From: a virus
Virus record (IMG/VR): IMGVR_UViG_3300042691_037387
Coordinates: 1 to 64,000 of that record
Strand: one strand, 5' to 3'
DNA length: 64,000 bases
Positions 10,490 through 19,506 of this stretch are shown here, one piece after another. Numbering within the stretch: the stretch's first letter is position 1; every line of letters starts with the position of its first letter. The translations under genes were made by a program, and so were the position numbers. The notes under the pieces were generated by a model. It ran no database searches. It had not been told where the DNA came from and saw only the letters and a program-made list of their open reading frames with translations.

Positions 10490-11349
10490 TATATTATTCT
10501 TCCCCTATAAAGATTTTGCCATCTTGGAACTTTAATTAGATCTACTTCTCTCCCCAATGCAGCTACATATACTGTTTCTGGATTATCGTTGATTCCCTGA
10601 AGCTCAGGTTGAAGCTGATACCATTCTTCCATATATATAGCAGTCCAATCCTCAAACCTAGTTACATTAGGGCTATGATAAGTTACACTTGGACCAACAA
10701 AATATTTATTCCATTTATTAACCCAGTTAATAACTCCATTATTTATTCTTTCTTGAGCGGCGGGATTTCTAGTGCTGCTCGCATCATGCAGAACAGTAAC
10801 AGATGGATCTGCAACTATTCTCCAGCCCCCAAGTCTTATTCTGGTTTGATAGTCGACCTCTTCTTGATGACCTATCTCGGTATCAAATCCGCCTATCTCT
10901 TTATATCTTTGTCTATTAAGCATCCAGCAAAAGCCAATGCCCCAAAGTATCTCTAGGTACCTAGGTCTTTGTATTGGATAAGCCCCACCGTTCGGAAATG
11001 CCATTGCTACCTCATGGTTTGATTCAAGATATGAAGCTAACTTTAGGTCCCAACCTGGAGTCTGAATGTATGCATCATTATCTATATAACCAACGTTGTT
11101 AGTCTCAGCCCATTCTAATATCTTATTGACTGCTCCTGGGTACATTATATTTTCGTCTAAAAACATTGGAATTATTCTAGAATCTTGTGCGGCGTGCTTC
11201 TCTATTACTGGACGAACTCCTTCATCAGGAGAATTATTATCAACTATTAAAAGTCGCCAATCAGATTGTGAGTTGGCTCTAATCATCTCTATACAATGAT
11301 CAAGCTTACCAGGGTTATTGTAGCTGGCTATTCCCATGTCAATTCTCAT
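10489..11349 (-). CDS. Glycosyltransferase family 2
   Basis: IASYNN, LLIVDNNSPD, YIDNDA, IGGFD, EEVDY..RIRLGGW. Confidence 0.88.
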   Translation of the reverse strand: MRIDMGIASYNNPGKLDHCIEMIRANSQSDWRLLIVDNNSPDEGVRPVIEKHAAQDSRIIPMFLDENIMYPGAVNKILEWAETNNVGYIDNDAYIQTPGWDLKLASYLESNHEVAMAFPNGGAYPIQRPRYLEILWGIGFCWMLNRQRYKEIGGFDTEIGHQEEVDYQTRIRLGGWRIVADPSVTVLHDASSTRNPAAQERINNGVINWVNKWNKYFVGPSVTYHSPNVTRFEDWTAIYMEEWYQLQPELQGINDNPETVYVAALGREVDLIKVPRWQNLYRGRII

Positions 11350-12101
11350 GGTTTAATCCACCACTGCCCATTCTCGTGAAGGACAAAACCAATTCTCTGC
11401 ATTGTGGGAATCCACTCTGTTTCATACTTGTTATTAATTGAAAGGTGCATCGGTATAGAATCTCCATGTTCTGCATCGCCAATAGCAAAAGCATTTTGAG
11501 CTATAAAAGCTCCATCTTTTTTGAGACACTTAAATACAGCTAGACACCATTCCTCAACATTTACCACATGCTCCAAAAAATCTAGAGCCACAACAGCATC
11601 GAAGGCGTTCGATCCCAATTTTGGAATAAAGTTGTCTGTAAATAATGTTGATATTTTTAAATTAGGATTTTTAGAAAACCTAAACTGTGCGAATCCAGCT
11701 GTCTTACTATCTTGTAAATCATGGTAAGTTACATTAAGTCCTTTTTCTGCCATCGCAAGACTTAAGGTTCCAATTCCATCTCCTATATTCAGGACATTCT
11801 TTCTACCTGTATGAAAAAGTCCAGAGGAAATTCCTTCACACATTCCAGAATAATTAAAACCACTATCCAAATGATAAGATGAAAGCTCCCAAATGTAAGC
11901 CGTTGTATTTCTATACCAACCTAGCAGTGAGTCTGGATCATCAGTATTCGTATTGTTTGATTTGAAGTCTTGAGCTACCATGGCATGATTTGCGTGAAAA
12001 CCCAAAGATAAACGCTCTACAGCTGACTGCTTAGAGACCCCTAGAAATTGTGATATGTGACCTGACTGTGTATCTAAATTCATTTTTTTATTTTCTTCCA
12101 T
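11346..12101 (-). CDS. SAM-dependent methyltransferase
   Basis: VLNIGDGIGTLS, FDAVVALDFLEHV, LKKDG. Confidence 0.85.
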   Translation of the reverse strand: MEENKKMNLDTQSGHISQFLGVSKQSAVERLSLGFHANHAMVAQDFKSNNTNTDDPDSLLGWYRNTTAYIWELSSYHLDSGFNYSGMCEGISSGLFHTGRKNVLNIGDGIGTLSLAMAEKGLNVTYHDLQDSKTAGFAQFRFSKNPNLKISTLFTDNFIPKLGSNAFDAVVALDFLEHVVNVEEWCLAVFKCLKKDGAFIAQNAFAIGDAEHGDSIPMHLSINNKYETEWIPTMQRIGFVLHENGQWWIKP

Positions 12102-12955
12102 TCTAAATATGATTTTTTTAAACCTTCTAAGTATTCCGTTTTATATATACATTCGCCGTTTAACCACGATGTATCTGCTGGTCTTTTTATATGACTTGGA
12201 AAATCAAGATAAGATGCTGACTCCACCACTATGTCTTCGTCAACAAAAGATTGTACATCTTTTGCTATAGAAAACCTAGAACAGGTAATGGGATTTCCTA
12301 AGTGAATTATTTTTTGCTCATAGTTCTCAAAATTAATACACAAGTCCCACAATGTATCTGCTACATCAAATGCAAATACAGGAGAGAAATATCTATCTTC
12401 AACTTGTTTTTGATTTTTTGTTTCAAAAATCATTTCCAATGGATTTTTTCTTCCTATTTCCTGAAGAGGTCTGACGCCTAACACAAAGGTAGATCTAACG
12501 ATTTTTATATTAGTATAGTTGAGCGCTAGTGTTTCAGCTAAGGCTTTTTGTCTTCCATAAAAAGTGATTGGATCAGGAGTAGACAAAGGAGTATAAGGTG
12601 GGTTATCACCACTAAAAATACCCTGTGTACTAACTTGTATAACGTTACAATTATTTTTTACAGCCCACTTACATATCTTTATAGGAAGAGTTACATTTGA
12701 GTCATAGTATTTATTTGGATCTGATTCAACTTTATCTACAGTATTTTCTCCAGCTAAATTCACAATAACATCTGGGCGCAGAGTATCCAACAACTTAGAT
12801 ATATTATTTTTATTTACATCAAATTGAATCCATTTACCTGATGAATCAAATGATCTCCTAGTATAATTGCAATCTATATTTTCTGGCTGACTTATCATCA
12901 TATGCTGGCCAATTATTCCGCCAGCTCCAATTACTAAAACATTCTTATTGTGCAT
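12080..12955 (-). CDS. rmlD: dTDP-4-dehydrorhamnose reductase (RmlD-like SDR)
   Basis: VLVIGAGGIIG, PDVIVNLAG..TVD.VE, VST..IFSG, YGRQK, RPADTS. Confidence 0.8.
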   Translation of the reverse strand: MHNKNVLVIGAGGIIGQHMMISQPENIDCNYTRRSFDSSGKWIQFDVNKNNISKLLDTLRPDVIVNLAGENTVDKVESDPNKYYDSNVTLPIKICKWAVKNNCNVIQVSTQGIFSGDNPPYTPLSTPDPITFYGRQKALAETLALNYTNIKIVRSTFVLGVRPLQEIGRKNPLEMIFETKNQKQVEDRYFSPVFAFDVADTLWDLCINFENYEQKIIHLGNPITCSRFSIAKDVQSFVDEDIVVESASYLDFPSHIKRPADTSWLNGECIYKTEYLEGLKKSYLEWKKIKK

Positions 12956-13181
12956 TGTCTTTTCGCCATTTCCACATATTTCTCCAGTGAACCCACTGCC
13001 ATAAGCACCACATAGCTAAGAAACCTGGCTTATCAAATATAAGCGAATATATGACCCATGGTAGCGAATGTAGCGCAACTATCATATGGCCATACCATTT
13101 CTTATTGCCAACCAGATAACTACCGCTAACTCCTATTAGTTCCATGATAAACAATAGCCATGTCCAAGTAGACTCACTCAT
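12945..13181 (-). CDS. Small Trp-rich membrane protein (PnuC-like fragment)
   Basis: Three hydrophobic segments, ends ...WRNMWKWRK. Confidence 0.5.
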   Translation of the reverse strand: MSESTWTWLLFIMELIGVSGSYLVGNKKWYGHMIVALHSLPWVIYSLIFDKPGFLAMWCLWQWVHWRNMWKWRKDNAQ

Positions 13182-13605
13182 TGTCTATCAATCCCCAAAG
13201 ATCTTTTGATCTTTTTTGGTGAACCATTAACTCCATTTTATGCTCCCTATCATAGAGAACATATTCAAATGAATCAAAGCTAAAAAATTGATCTATATCT
13301 TTAAGAGCTTTTTCTAGATCTAGAGGTCCACACGTATATAGGTCAAACTGCAAAAGTGCTGGATCTTGCTCATCCCAAACATGGAAGGCTATATGAGACG
13401 TTTCTATCATTACAACTGCAGTTAGCCCTTTATTTCCTGGCTGGTCTACATATGAAGAAAATGGACCCTGCAAAATTTTCATTCCTAGCGAATCAACAAA
13501 GGATTCTAGCCAAGATATGACTTCCATCGTAACCTTGGGCGGGTTATTAACCTTTGCTCGTATCATAAGATGTTTATGAAACGGCTTTTTGTAGTCTTCT
13601 TGCAT
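13174..13605 (-). CDS. speD: S-adenosylmethionine decarboxylase proenzyme family
   Basis: GLTAVVMIETSHIAFHVW...LQFDLYTCG pyruvoyl-enzyme motifs. Confidence 0.85.
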   Translation of the reverse strand: MQEDYKKPFHKHLMIRAKVNNPPKVTMEVISWLESFVDSLGMKILQGPFSSYVDQPGNKGLTAVVMIETSHIAFHVWDEQDPALLQFDLYTCGPLDLEKALKDIDQFFSFDSFEYVLYDREHKMELMVHQKRSKDLWGLIDNE

Positions 13606-13630
13606 CCTGACCTCTTTCTGTGGGTCAGAA

Positions 13631-13642
13631 TATTATATCACC
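13631..13642 (-). promoter_or_regulatory. Sigma70-type extended -10 promoter (TGnTATAAT)
   Basis: GGTGATATAAT on the minus strand about 26 nt upstream of speD. Confidence 0.6.
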
Positions 13643-13728
13643 TTAGATTTATAAAATCTATTTTTTTAGAAGAAGAGAAATATACATCAAAGATATAACA
13701 CACGCAAATAAAATATGAAAAGACATAA

Positions 13729-13950
13729 TTACTCCGACTGTATAATCTTCATAGTTAAAAAGCAAAGACGCATCAAATCTGCATTAGATATACTAAATAC
13801 ATGATCTGATCCGTCTCCGGTTTTAATTGTTATAGTATGACCGCTAATTAAATCGCCATCAGTATTAATCATGGCAATCTCTTTAGTGATATTTATTTGC
13901 TTAATCATTGGCATAAAGCCACTAAACAAATCCTCTGTTTCATCAAACAT
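13729..13950 (-). CDS. Hypothetical protein
   Basis: 73-aa ORF coupled to the upstream gene. Confidence 0.55.
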   Translation of the reverse strand: MFDETEDLFSGFMPMIKQINITKEIAMINTDGDLISGHTITIKTGDGSDHVFSISNADLMRLCFLTMKIIQSE

Positions 13951-14228
13951 TACTTCTTCTTTTTAGTAAATGTGGAAACATTTCTAGGCGCTTGACCTTT
14001 GACTCCCTTTGTTGGGGTCCCCGATCTTCTTTTTCTCTGTACTGCACTTTTTCTTTGTGCAGCAGACATGGCTCTGGCTTTGGCAGCTGGCACACATTTA
14101 GCATAGCCGGAACCTCCAGCTCCAGATGTGCCGCATGGTTGGAACTTACCCTTTTTTTTGGGAGCTCCTATATTAACCCATTTTTGGTTAAACCATTTGG
14201 TTAATCCAACCCCTTTTGGTCCCGGCAT
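13950..14228 (-). CDS. Small basic phage protein
   Basis: LTKWF..KWV.I...PCG...KCVP..KA..MS motif common in aquatic phages. Confidence 0.7.
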   Translation of the reverse strand: MPGPKGVGLTKWFNQKWVNIGAPKKKGKFQPCGTSGAGGSGYAKCVPAAKARAMSAAQRKSAVQRKRRSGTPTKGVKGQAPRNVSTFTKKKK

Positions 14229-14230
14229 TG

Positions 14231-14407
14231 CTATTTGCTCTTCTTTTTCTTGGCCGAAACAGTTCTCCAGCCACCACCCATTGACTTGTACTTCTTAACA
14301 GCCCAAGCATTGGCATATGCACTGGGGTATACGTCAAACTTTGCTCTAGCCTGAGACTTTGCAGCAGACCATAGAGCTGGCTTAGTTGGCTTATTCACCT
14401 TCGCCAT
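14231..14407 (-). CDS. Small basic protein, 58 aa (below track cutoff)
   Basis: MAKVNKPTKPALWSAAKSQARAKFDVYPSAYANAWAVKKYKSMGGGWRTVSAKKKKSK*. Confidence 0.7.
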   Translation of the reverse strand: MAKVNKPTKPALWSAAKSQARAKFDVYPSAYANAWAVKKYKSMGGGWRTVSAKKKKSK

Positions 14408-14408
14408 G

Positions 14409-14618
14409 TTACTTCTTCTTTCTTTTAGCGGAAATCTTTCTAAGAGTCTTGGCTAAGTTTGCTTGGCGTACAGTAGTTTTACTGTACTTGCTCGGATTCT
14501 TTGTAACAGCTGCAGCCATACCAGCAACTGACTTGCCGGCTTTCTTTGCCTTAGCAGTGAATGCTCCAGGCCTTTTAATTGCCCCTTGAATCCACTTCTT
14601 ATCTTTCTTCATTGCCAT
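14409..14618 (-). CDS. Small basic protein
   Basis: WIQGAIKRPGAFTAKAKKAG...QANLAKTLRK. Confidence 0.7.
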   Translation of the reverse strand: MAMKKDKKWIQGAIKRPGAFTAKAKKAGKSVAGMAAAVTKNPSKYSKTTVRQANLAKTLRKISAKRKKK

Positions 14619-14620
14619 TA

Positions 14621-14794
14621 TTACTTGCTCTTCTTCTTATTCATAATAGCCTTCTGAATAAATGGAGGAAGCTTCTTCTGTGCGGATGTCAAACCAGCCT
14701 TACCATTTTTCATGGCGCCCTTCTTTGCGGCACCCTTCTTCATTGGGCTCTTCTTCATTGCCATTCCTTTTTCTTTTTTCATTCCATAAGCCAT
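14621..14794 (-). CDS. Small Lys/Met-rich protein, 57 aa
   Basis: MAYGMKKEKGMAMKKSPMKKGAAKKGAMKNGKAGLTSAQKKLPPFIQKAIMNKKKSK*; AGGAG RBS. Confidence 0.65.
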   Translation of the reverse strand: MAYGMKKEKGMAMKKSPMKKGAAKKGAMKNGKAGLTSAQKKLPPFIQKAIMNKKKSK

Positions 14795-14795
14795 T

Positions 14796-15056
14796 TTATT
14801 CTCCTTTTTTAGCTTTTTCTTTTGCTATTTTTTTCATATGCCAATCAATATGGCCATCTAGTTTATCGTCAACCTTGTCAACTTGTTCATCAACATGGTC
14901 TATTTTATGATGTAAATTAAGTATATCATCCTTAACAGTGACCAACATGGTTGCTACAACATTATGGTCTGCCTTATTTTCTGCCCTACCTTTTTGCACT
15001 AGAGCAGCTAAAACTCCACCTACAGCAGCTATAACTGCTACAACCACAGCTTCCAA
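14796..15056 (-). CDS. N-terminal TM + coiled-coil protein
   Basis: MEAVVVAVIAAVGGVLAALV; KIDHVDEQVDKVDDKLDGHI.WH. Confidence 0.6.
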   Translation of the reverse strand: MEAVVVAVIAAVGGVLAALVQKGRAENKADHNVVATMLVTVKDDILNLHHKIDHVDEQVDKVDDKLDGHIDWHMKKIAKEKAKKGE

Positions 15057-15057
15057 T

Positions 15058-15369
15058 TTATGATCCCTTCACCCATTTTTTTGAAGGAGACTTTGTTTTA
15101 CTTGGACTCCACTTAACTCTATCTGCCCAATAGGCAGCTGACATTTTGCCCTTAGATATATTCTTTGCGTGACGGGATTTGAATGCTTTTCTTTGGCCAA
15201 CTGTTTGGTTTGTTTTGACACCTTGTTGTCCAAAACGAATTGTTTTAATTTTAGATCCAACCTTTGCAACTACTATATGAGACTTTGTTGGATGACCTGG
15301 TGTTCTTTTTGGTTTGTTATAACCAGAAACGCCAGCGCTTTTTAAGCGTGAATCTTTTTTAGGTGCCAT
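15058..15369 (-). CDS. Small basic phage protein
   Basis: YNKPKRTPGHPTKSH.V..K....IRFGQQG...FKSRH...SAAYWADRVKW, a widespread phage family. Confidence 0.75.
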   Translation of the reverse strand: MAPKKDSRLKSAGVSGYNKPKRTPGHPTKSHIVVAKVGSKIKTIRFGQQGVKTNQTVGQRKAFKSRHAKNISKGKMSAAYWADRVKWSPSKTKSPSKKWVKGS

Positions 15370-15491
15370 TATTTTTTCCTTTTAGAACGCTTTTTGCTTT
15401 TTTTATTTATGTCTTTTAATTCAATTCCATACATGAAATTGTTTTGTCCCATTCTAGGTCCACTAATATATATATTTTTTTTGAAAGTCAT
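15369..15491 (-). CDS. Tiny basic protein, 40 aa
   Basis: MTFKKNIYISGPRMGQNNFMYGIELKDINKKSKKRSKRKK*, coupled on both sides. Confidence 0.5.
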   Translation of the reverse strand: MTFKKNIYISGPRMGQNNFMYGIELKDINKKSKKRSKRKK

Positions 15492-15664
15492 TTGCTTTTT
15501 TTCCTCTTTAGTTTTGAGGCTGAAGAAATTGCTATTGCTATAGCTTGCTTTCTTGATTTAACAACTGGACCACCTTTTCCAGAATGAAGCGTTCCTCTTC
15601 CGTACTCACCCATTACACTTTTAATCTTTTTTTGGTACGCTGTTTTTTTCTTCTTTGCTGCCAT
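15488..15664 (-). CDS. Small basic protein (DUF6496-like)
   Basis: KIKSVMGEYGRGTLHSGKGGPVVKSRKQAIAIAIS. Confidence 0.7.
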   Translation of the reverse strand: MAAKKKKTAYQKKIKSVMGEYGRGTLHSGKGGPVVKSRKQAIAIAISSASKLKRKKSK

Positions 15665-15746
15665 TCTGGTCACCTTTGGGTTTCGAATATCCTTTGGATA
15701 CTTTTCTAAATTTAGCTAAAGACATAACTTATATAGTAATAAAAAA

Positions 15747-15771
15747 TACCCCACCTTTTACAGGTGGGGTA
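15747..15771 (-). terminator. Intrinsic terminator
   Basis: TACCCCACCT-loop-AGGTGGGGTA followed by a T-run on the minus strand. Confidence 0.75.
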
Positions 15772-15785
15772 AATATTTTTATATA

Positions 15786-16067
15786 TTATTGAGTCTTTTT
15801 TGGTCTTCCCTTAGGCTTTGGTGCTGGCTTATCAGCTGCTGGAGTCTTTTTGGCAGTGGTTGTTTTAGCCACTTTTTGAACGCTCTTAACCTCATCCTTG
15901 ACAGACTTCTCAACATTCTTAATTGATGCGTCTACAGCTTCAGCTATTTTTTCCATTTCCTGCAGACGACCTTCAACAATTTTTTCGATTGAAGAAGGCA
16001 CTACATTACTTTCTTTAGCCTTTTTCTTAAAGATTTTCTTTAATTTAGCTACAAATGACTTTAACAT
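15786..16067 (-). CDS. Basic protein with histone-like C-terminal tail
   Basis: TTAKKTPAADKPAPKPKGRPKK. Confidence 0.6.
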   Translation of the reverse strand: MLKSFVAKLKKIFKKKAKESNVVPSSIEKIVEGRLQEMEKIAEAVDASIKNVEKSVKDEVKSVQKVAKTTTAKKTPAADKPAPKPKGRPKKTQ

Positions 16068-16133
16068 TTTTACCTCTATTTTTATTTTTAATATTATTTT
16101 CTAATATAATATAATAGTAATATACTATATAAA

Positions 16134-16457
16134 CTATTTACCTTGCTGGGATTCCTTGATTAAAAGGTACCTATCTCCAGTCTCTTTTGAGACAACAGAG
16201 AACCCATATGCTGCCGCATCTTCGATTGCTTGTCGAAGCCCATCCTTATCGTCTATAGATACATCGGATAATGGAATCGTAATTCCAGCGTATATGTCAA
16301 TGTTTTCAAAGTTTCCTATATTAACTTTTCTATTAACACCGCAAATAAAAACTGGGTTTGTAGATATTGATATTTCTTGTGACATTAAATTTACCACCTG
16401 GTCTATTGGAGAATCTGTTGTTGATTGTTCTTGTGCACTTTTTGTTATTTTAGGCAT
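16134..16457 (-). CDS. Hypothetical protein
   Basis: 107-aa ORF coupled to the kinase; RKVNIGNFENIDI motif. Confidence 0.6.
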   Translation of the reverse strand: MPKITKSAQEQSTTDSPIDQVVNLMSQEISISTNPVFICGVNRKVNIGNFENIDIYAGITIPLSDVSIDDKDGLRQAIEDAAAYGFSVVSKETGDRYLLIKESQQGK

Positions 16458-17232
16458 TTTGTTCCTGTAGAAGGCCTATCTTTTTAATAGTCTCTAAAGC
16501 CTGCTCCTCTATTGACATGCCATCAGTCCTAATAACTACAGAAGCCATTTCCATAACTTGTTTTATTTCTTGCTCTGACTTGTGGGACATCTGCTCCTCA
16601 GACATAAGCTTACCATCTCTTTTGTAAATTCTTTCTTGAAGAGTTTCGTCCGATGCATCAAAACATACTAGCACACCATTTGGCTGCTTCAGGATCGCTT
16701 CTGCTTCATTAACAAATCTTACGTCAGATATAATGACAGCAAATGGACTTTCTGCTTCTTCTTCTTCTAAAGATTTATAATAAGATTGATATAGTTTCGA
16801 AGCCTTAATAATTCCCCACATAGCGAAGCAATCTGGATTTCCTTCTCGACAAATGTCACCAGCCTTTTGAAGGAATGTTCTTGGCTTTGTGCCCTCTGGT
16901 TCGATTGGAAGATTGAATATATCTTCTACCTTATCTACAAAATCAAAATATCCTGGTATGTAACCCAATGCTGAATTGCCGTATATATCAAATAAAGTTT
17001 CATGAATTGAATACAGCTGTCTATTAAGAGCATTAACCCCTCTTATAGACTTCTTAATAGAAGCTAACTCATATAATGGTAGAGCAAAAAAGATATGATC
17101 CCAGTAAACACCATACTTCTTTTGCGCAAAAGAACCCTTGGGAACTATCTGTTCAGCTACAGATGTTTTTCCGCTACCAGCTTTGCCGGCTAAGCCTATA
17201 ATAATCGGTTGGCTACTTTTAAAGTTTTTCAT
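16450..17232 (-). CDS. Deoxynucleoside monophosphate kinase
   Basis: IIGLAGKAGSGKTS, FFALPL, PRTFLQKAG..CR, VIISDVRFVNEA, HKSE. Confidence 0.85.
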   Translation of the reverse strand: MKNFKSSQPIIIGLAGKAGSGKTSVAEQIVPKGSFAQKKYGVYWDHIFFALPLYELASIKKSIRGVNALNRQLYSIHETLFDIYGNSALGYIPGYFDFVDKVEDIFNLPIEPEGTKPRTFLQKAGDICREGNPDCFAMWGIIKASKLYQSYYKSLEEEEAESPFAVIISDVRFVNEAEAILKQPNGVLVCFDASDETLQERIYKRDGKLMSEEQMSHKSEQEIKQVMEMASVVIRTDGMSIEEQALETIKKIGLLQEQNA

Positions 17233-17260
17233 TGCACCTTATCCTTAGTTTAGTGATTTT

Positions 17261-17270
17261 ATTATACCAC
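17261..17270 (-). promoter_or_regulatory. Sigma70-type extended -10 promoter
   Basis: GTGGTATAAT upstream of the dNMP kinase. Confidence 0.6.
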
Positions 17271-17292
17271 TACGACAAACTAATGGGTAGAT

Positions 17293-17721
17293 CTAGGCAA
17301 TGATTTTTTTCCTTATTTCTAACTCGTCTAGAAATGTATTGGCCAACGCATCCGCTTCCCAAACAAATGATCTTGGAACTTGCAGTACCCTGAAGTTATA
17401 TTCGGATCTAATATCTTCTATTGTCATCAGTAGTGGCATCAAAGAATTATTTTTACACTTCCATTTTCCACTTATTTGATTAGCAACAACCGCTGAATCA
17501 GTATAAATTATTGGATCAATTAAGTCCGACATGGAACATATTAATAGGCCAGCTATAACTGCCTCATATTCAGCTTCATTATTAGTTCTTGGCCCAAGTC
17601 CTCTAGCAAACTGGGCAACTTTTTTTCTATTCTTATAGACCACGGCAGCACATGACGCTTCACCGAATCTTTTTTGGCCTTGCCCCCTAGATGCGCCATC
17701 GCAAAACACTTCTATATTCAT
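17293..17721 (-). CDS. rnhA: Ribonuclease HI
   Basis: FCDGASRG, TNNEAEYEAVIAGL, YTDSAVVANQISGKW, VPR..V.EADALAN. Confidence 0.9.
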   Translation of the reverse strand: MNIEVFCDGASRGQGQKRFGEASCAAVVYKNRKKVAQFARGLGPRTNNEAEYEAVIAGLLICSMSDLIDPIIYTDSAVVANQISGKWKCKNNSLMPLLMTIEDIRSEYNFRVLQVPRSFVWEADALANTFLDELEIRKKIIA

Positions 17722-17736
17722 GATAATAAACCTACC

Positions 17737-17895
17737 TTATTGTGATACAACAAAATTGTATATATCTAATAATAAATTTTCTACTTCAGAATAAGAGAAT
17801 AAATCTCTTTCTAGAGAAGAAATATTTTTTAATACATTTTCTATATATTGTTTTGCTGTCTCTATCTTTTCTGGTGGTTCATCCAATTTTAACAT
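17737..17895 (-). CDS. Hypothetical protein, 52 aa
   Basis: MLKLDEPPEKIETAKQYIENVLKNISSLERDLFSYSEVENLLLDIYNFVVSQ* fills the gap. Confidence 0.5.
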   Translation of the reverse strand: MLKLDEPPEKIETAKQYIENVLKNISSLERDLFSYSEVENLLLDIYNFVVSQ

Positions 17896-18088
17896 TATGT
17901 TTTATGCCATTTTCCTCTGCCATTTTATTTAGAGAACTTTCTTGTTTTGAAGAAGTAATCTGAATAGTGTAGTTCAATAAGTACCTAAGTCCTTCTAGCT
18001 CTACCTGCATTGGAAAATCTAGTGATTTTCTTTTCTCAGAATAAAATTCTTTAGGCTTACCTACAGCCTTATAGTAACCGACAAACAT
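17879..18088 (-). CDS. Hypothetical protein
   Basis: MFVGYYKAVG..., GGAG RBS. Confidence 0.55.
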   Translation of the reverse strand: MFVGYYKAVGKPKEFYSEKRKSLDFPMQVELEGLRYLLNYTIQITSSKQESSLNKMAEENGIKHNVKIG

Positions 18089-18098
18089 TGCTGCTCCC

Positions 18099-18614
18099 TT
18101 AATAAGTAGAGAAATCCGTCTCTTGATAGTACCCTTTTGATTCTCTGGCTGAAGCAATCTGCATTGACTGCACTTTGTCCATAAGCTTTCTAGCAGATTC
18201 TGAGGCTATTCTAGCTGCGCTTTCCATGGATTCAGCTAGGCTAACTATGGCCTCAGCAGTAACAAGAGCGTTATACTCTTCTTCTGCAGCCTCCATTGCT
18301 GCTGCTTCTCGTTCCGCCTCGTTCTTTCCTACTCTAGAGGATTTATATACCTTTTTATACTTTCCCTCTATTAGCTTATAGCTGGCTCTCGCCATACCAG
18401 CAAACCTAGCAGAACGCCCATATACGTTCGAGCTCTTTGCCACAAGTGAAGCTAACGCGTCAAGTCCTAAGTCGATGGTATCAGAATCTGGTATTTCTAT
18501 AAAGTATTTAAACGATGTAGATTGATCAGTATATGCTGTAATGACTTCCTGAATTTGTGGCCCAAGAAAATCTGTCAACATCTGCTGAAGTTTTTCTAAT
18601 GTTTGAACGTTCAA
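18099..18614 (-). CDS. Helical protein, possibly UvsY-like recombination mediator
   Basis: Long amphipathic helices (YKKVYK...NEAEREAAAM...); weak resemblance only. Confidence 0.35.
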   Translation of the reverse strand: MNVQTLEKLQQMLTDFLGPQIQEVITAYTDQSTSFKYFIEIPDSDTIDLGLDALASLVAKSSNVYGRSARFAGMARASYKLIEGKYKKVYKSSRVGKNEAEREAAAMEAAEEEYNALVTAEAIVSLAESMESAARIASESARKLMDKVQSMQIASARESKGYYQETDFSTY

Positions 18615-19505
18615 CTTTTTTTCTTTCCTTTTTTCTTTTCACTAGCTAATAAGAAATCTTTTACACCTAATTCTTTTGCTAGCTGCTCATCTTGTTCTTG
18701 AATTAATTTAGCTAGCTTTTTCTTTATCTCATAAAGATGTTCTCTTACGGTATTTGGATGCTCGTTGATTTTTGCTGAAATTTCGCTTGATCTTTTTCCA
18801 TCTACGAATCTCCATTTTATCAGCTGTCTTTCCTGAACGGTGAGGTTTTGAAACAAATCGTAAACATCTTCTCCGGAGAACCCAAAACTGATCTATTGTA
18901 TCAGTAAGTAGCATCTGCTCCATCCTTAGTTCTTCTGGTTCAGCTTTAAAGCCAACATTTTGTTCATCGTCTGAATTCTCTGTTGGCTCATCTGGCGCAA
19001 GTGGAAAAGTTTTTCTACCTAACTGATCAATTAGGAATGTATCTACATTCTTTTTTAAGAGATAAAAAAAATAACTATACAAAAAACCACTAAATGGAAT
19101 AGGCCCTTTGGCTGAATCTCTTCGCTCATACCTTTGGATGCATTGGAAGAAAGTTGACTCAACAGTATTTCTAATATCTTCTTCTTCACCATATCTTCTG
19201 GCCATGTACTGTATGCCTCTCATAACCTCCACAACATGTTTATATCCAGCGCTGTTTAGGTTATTTTTCATTAGGGCAAATCTAACATACGAATCTTTAA
19301 CAAATAAGGAGATAAACCTCCTGATGTCATAGTCTGAGATATTATATCTGCCGTGATAAAGTAAGGAAACATATTTTGTTAAAAAGTTATTAAAAACATT
19401 TAATAACTCCTGCTTTGATTCCATTGACCCAGATTTAGCTTTTGCTATTAGGTCCTGCATTTCATTTTCTTCTAGAGAATAATATTGTTCTTTATAAGAA
19501 CCCAT
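18611..19505 (-). CDS. Phage RNA polymerase sigma factor, 297 aa after +1 shift at 18875
   Basis: LIAKAKSG...QELL..F region 1.2/2; EEDIRNTVESTFFQCIQRYE...PFSGFLY region 2; after FWVL-[c]GGA-EDVYDLFQ comes region 4 LTVQERQLIKWRFVDGKRSSEISAKINEHPNTVREHL. Confidence 0.8.
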
Positions 19506-19506
19506 T

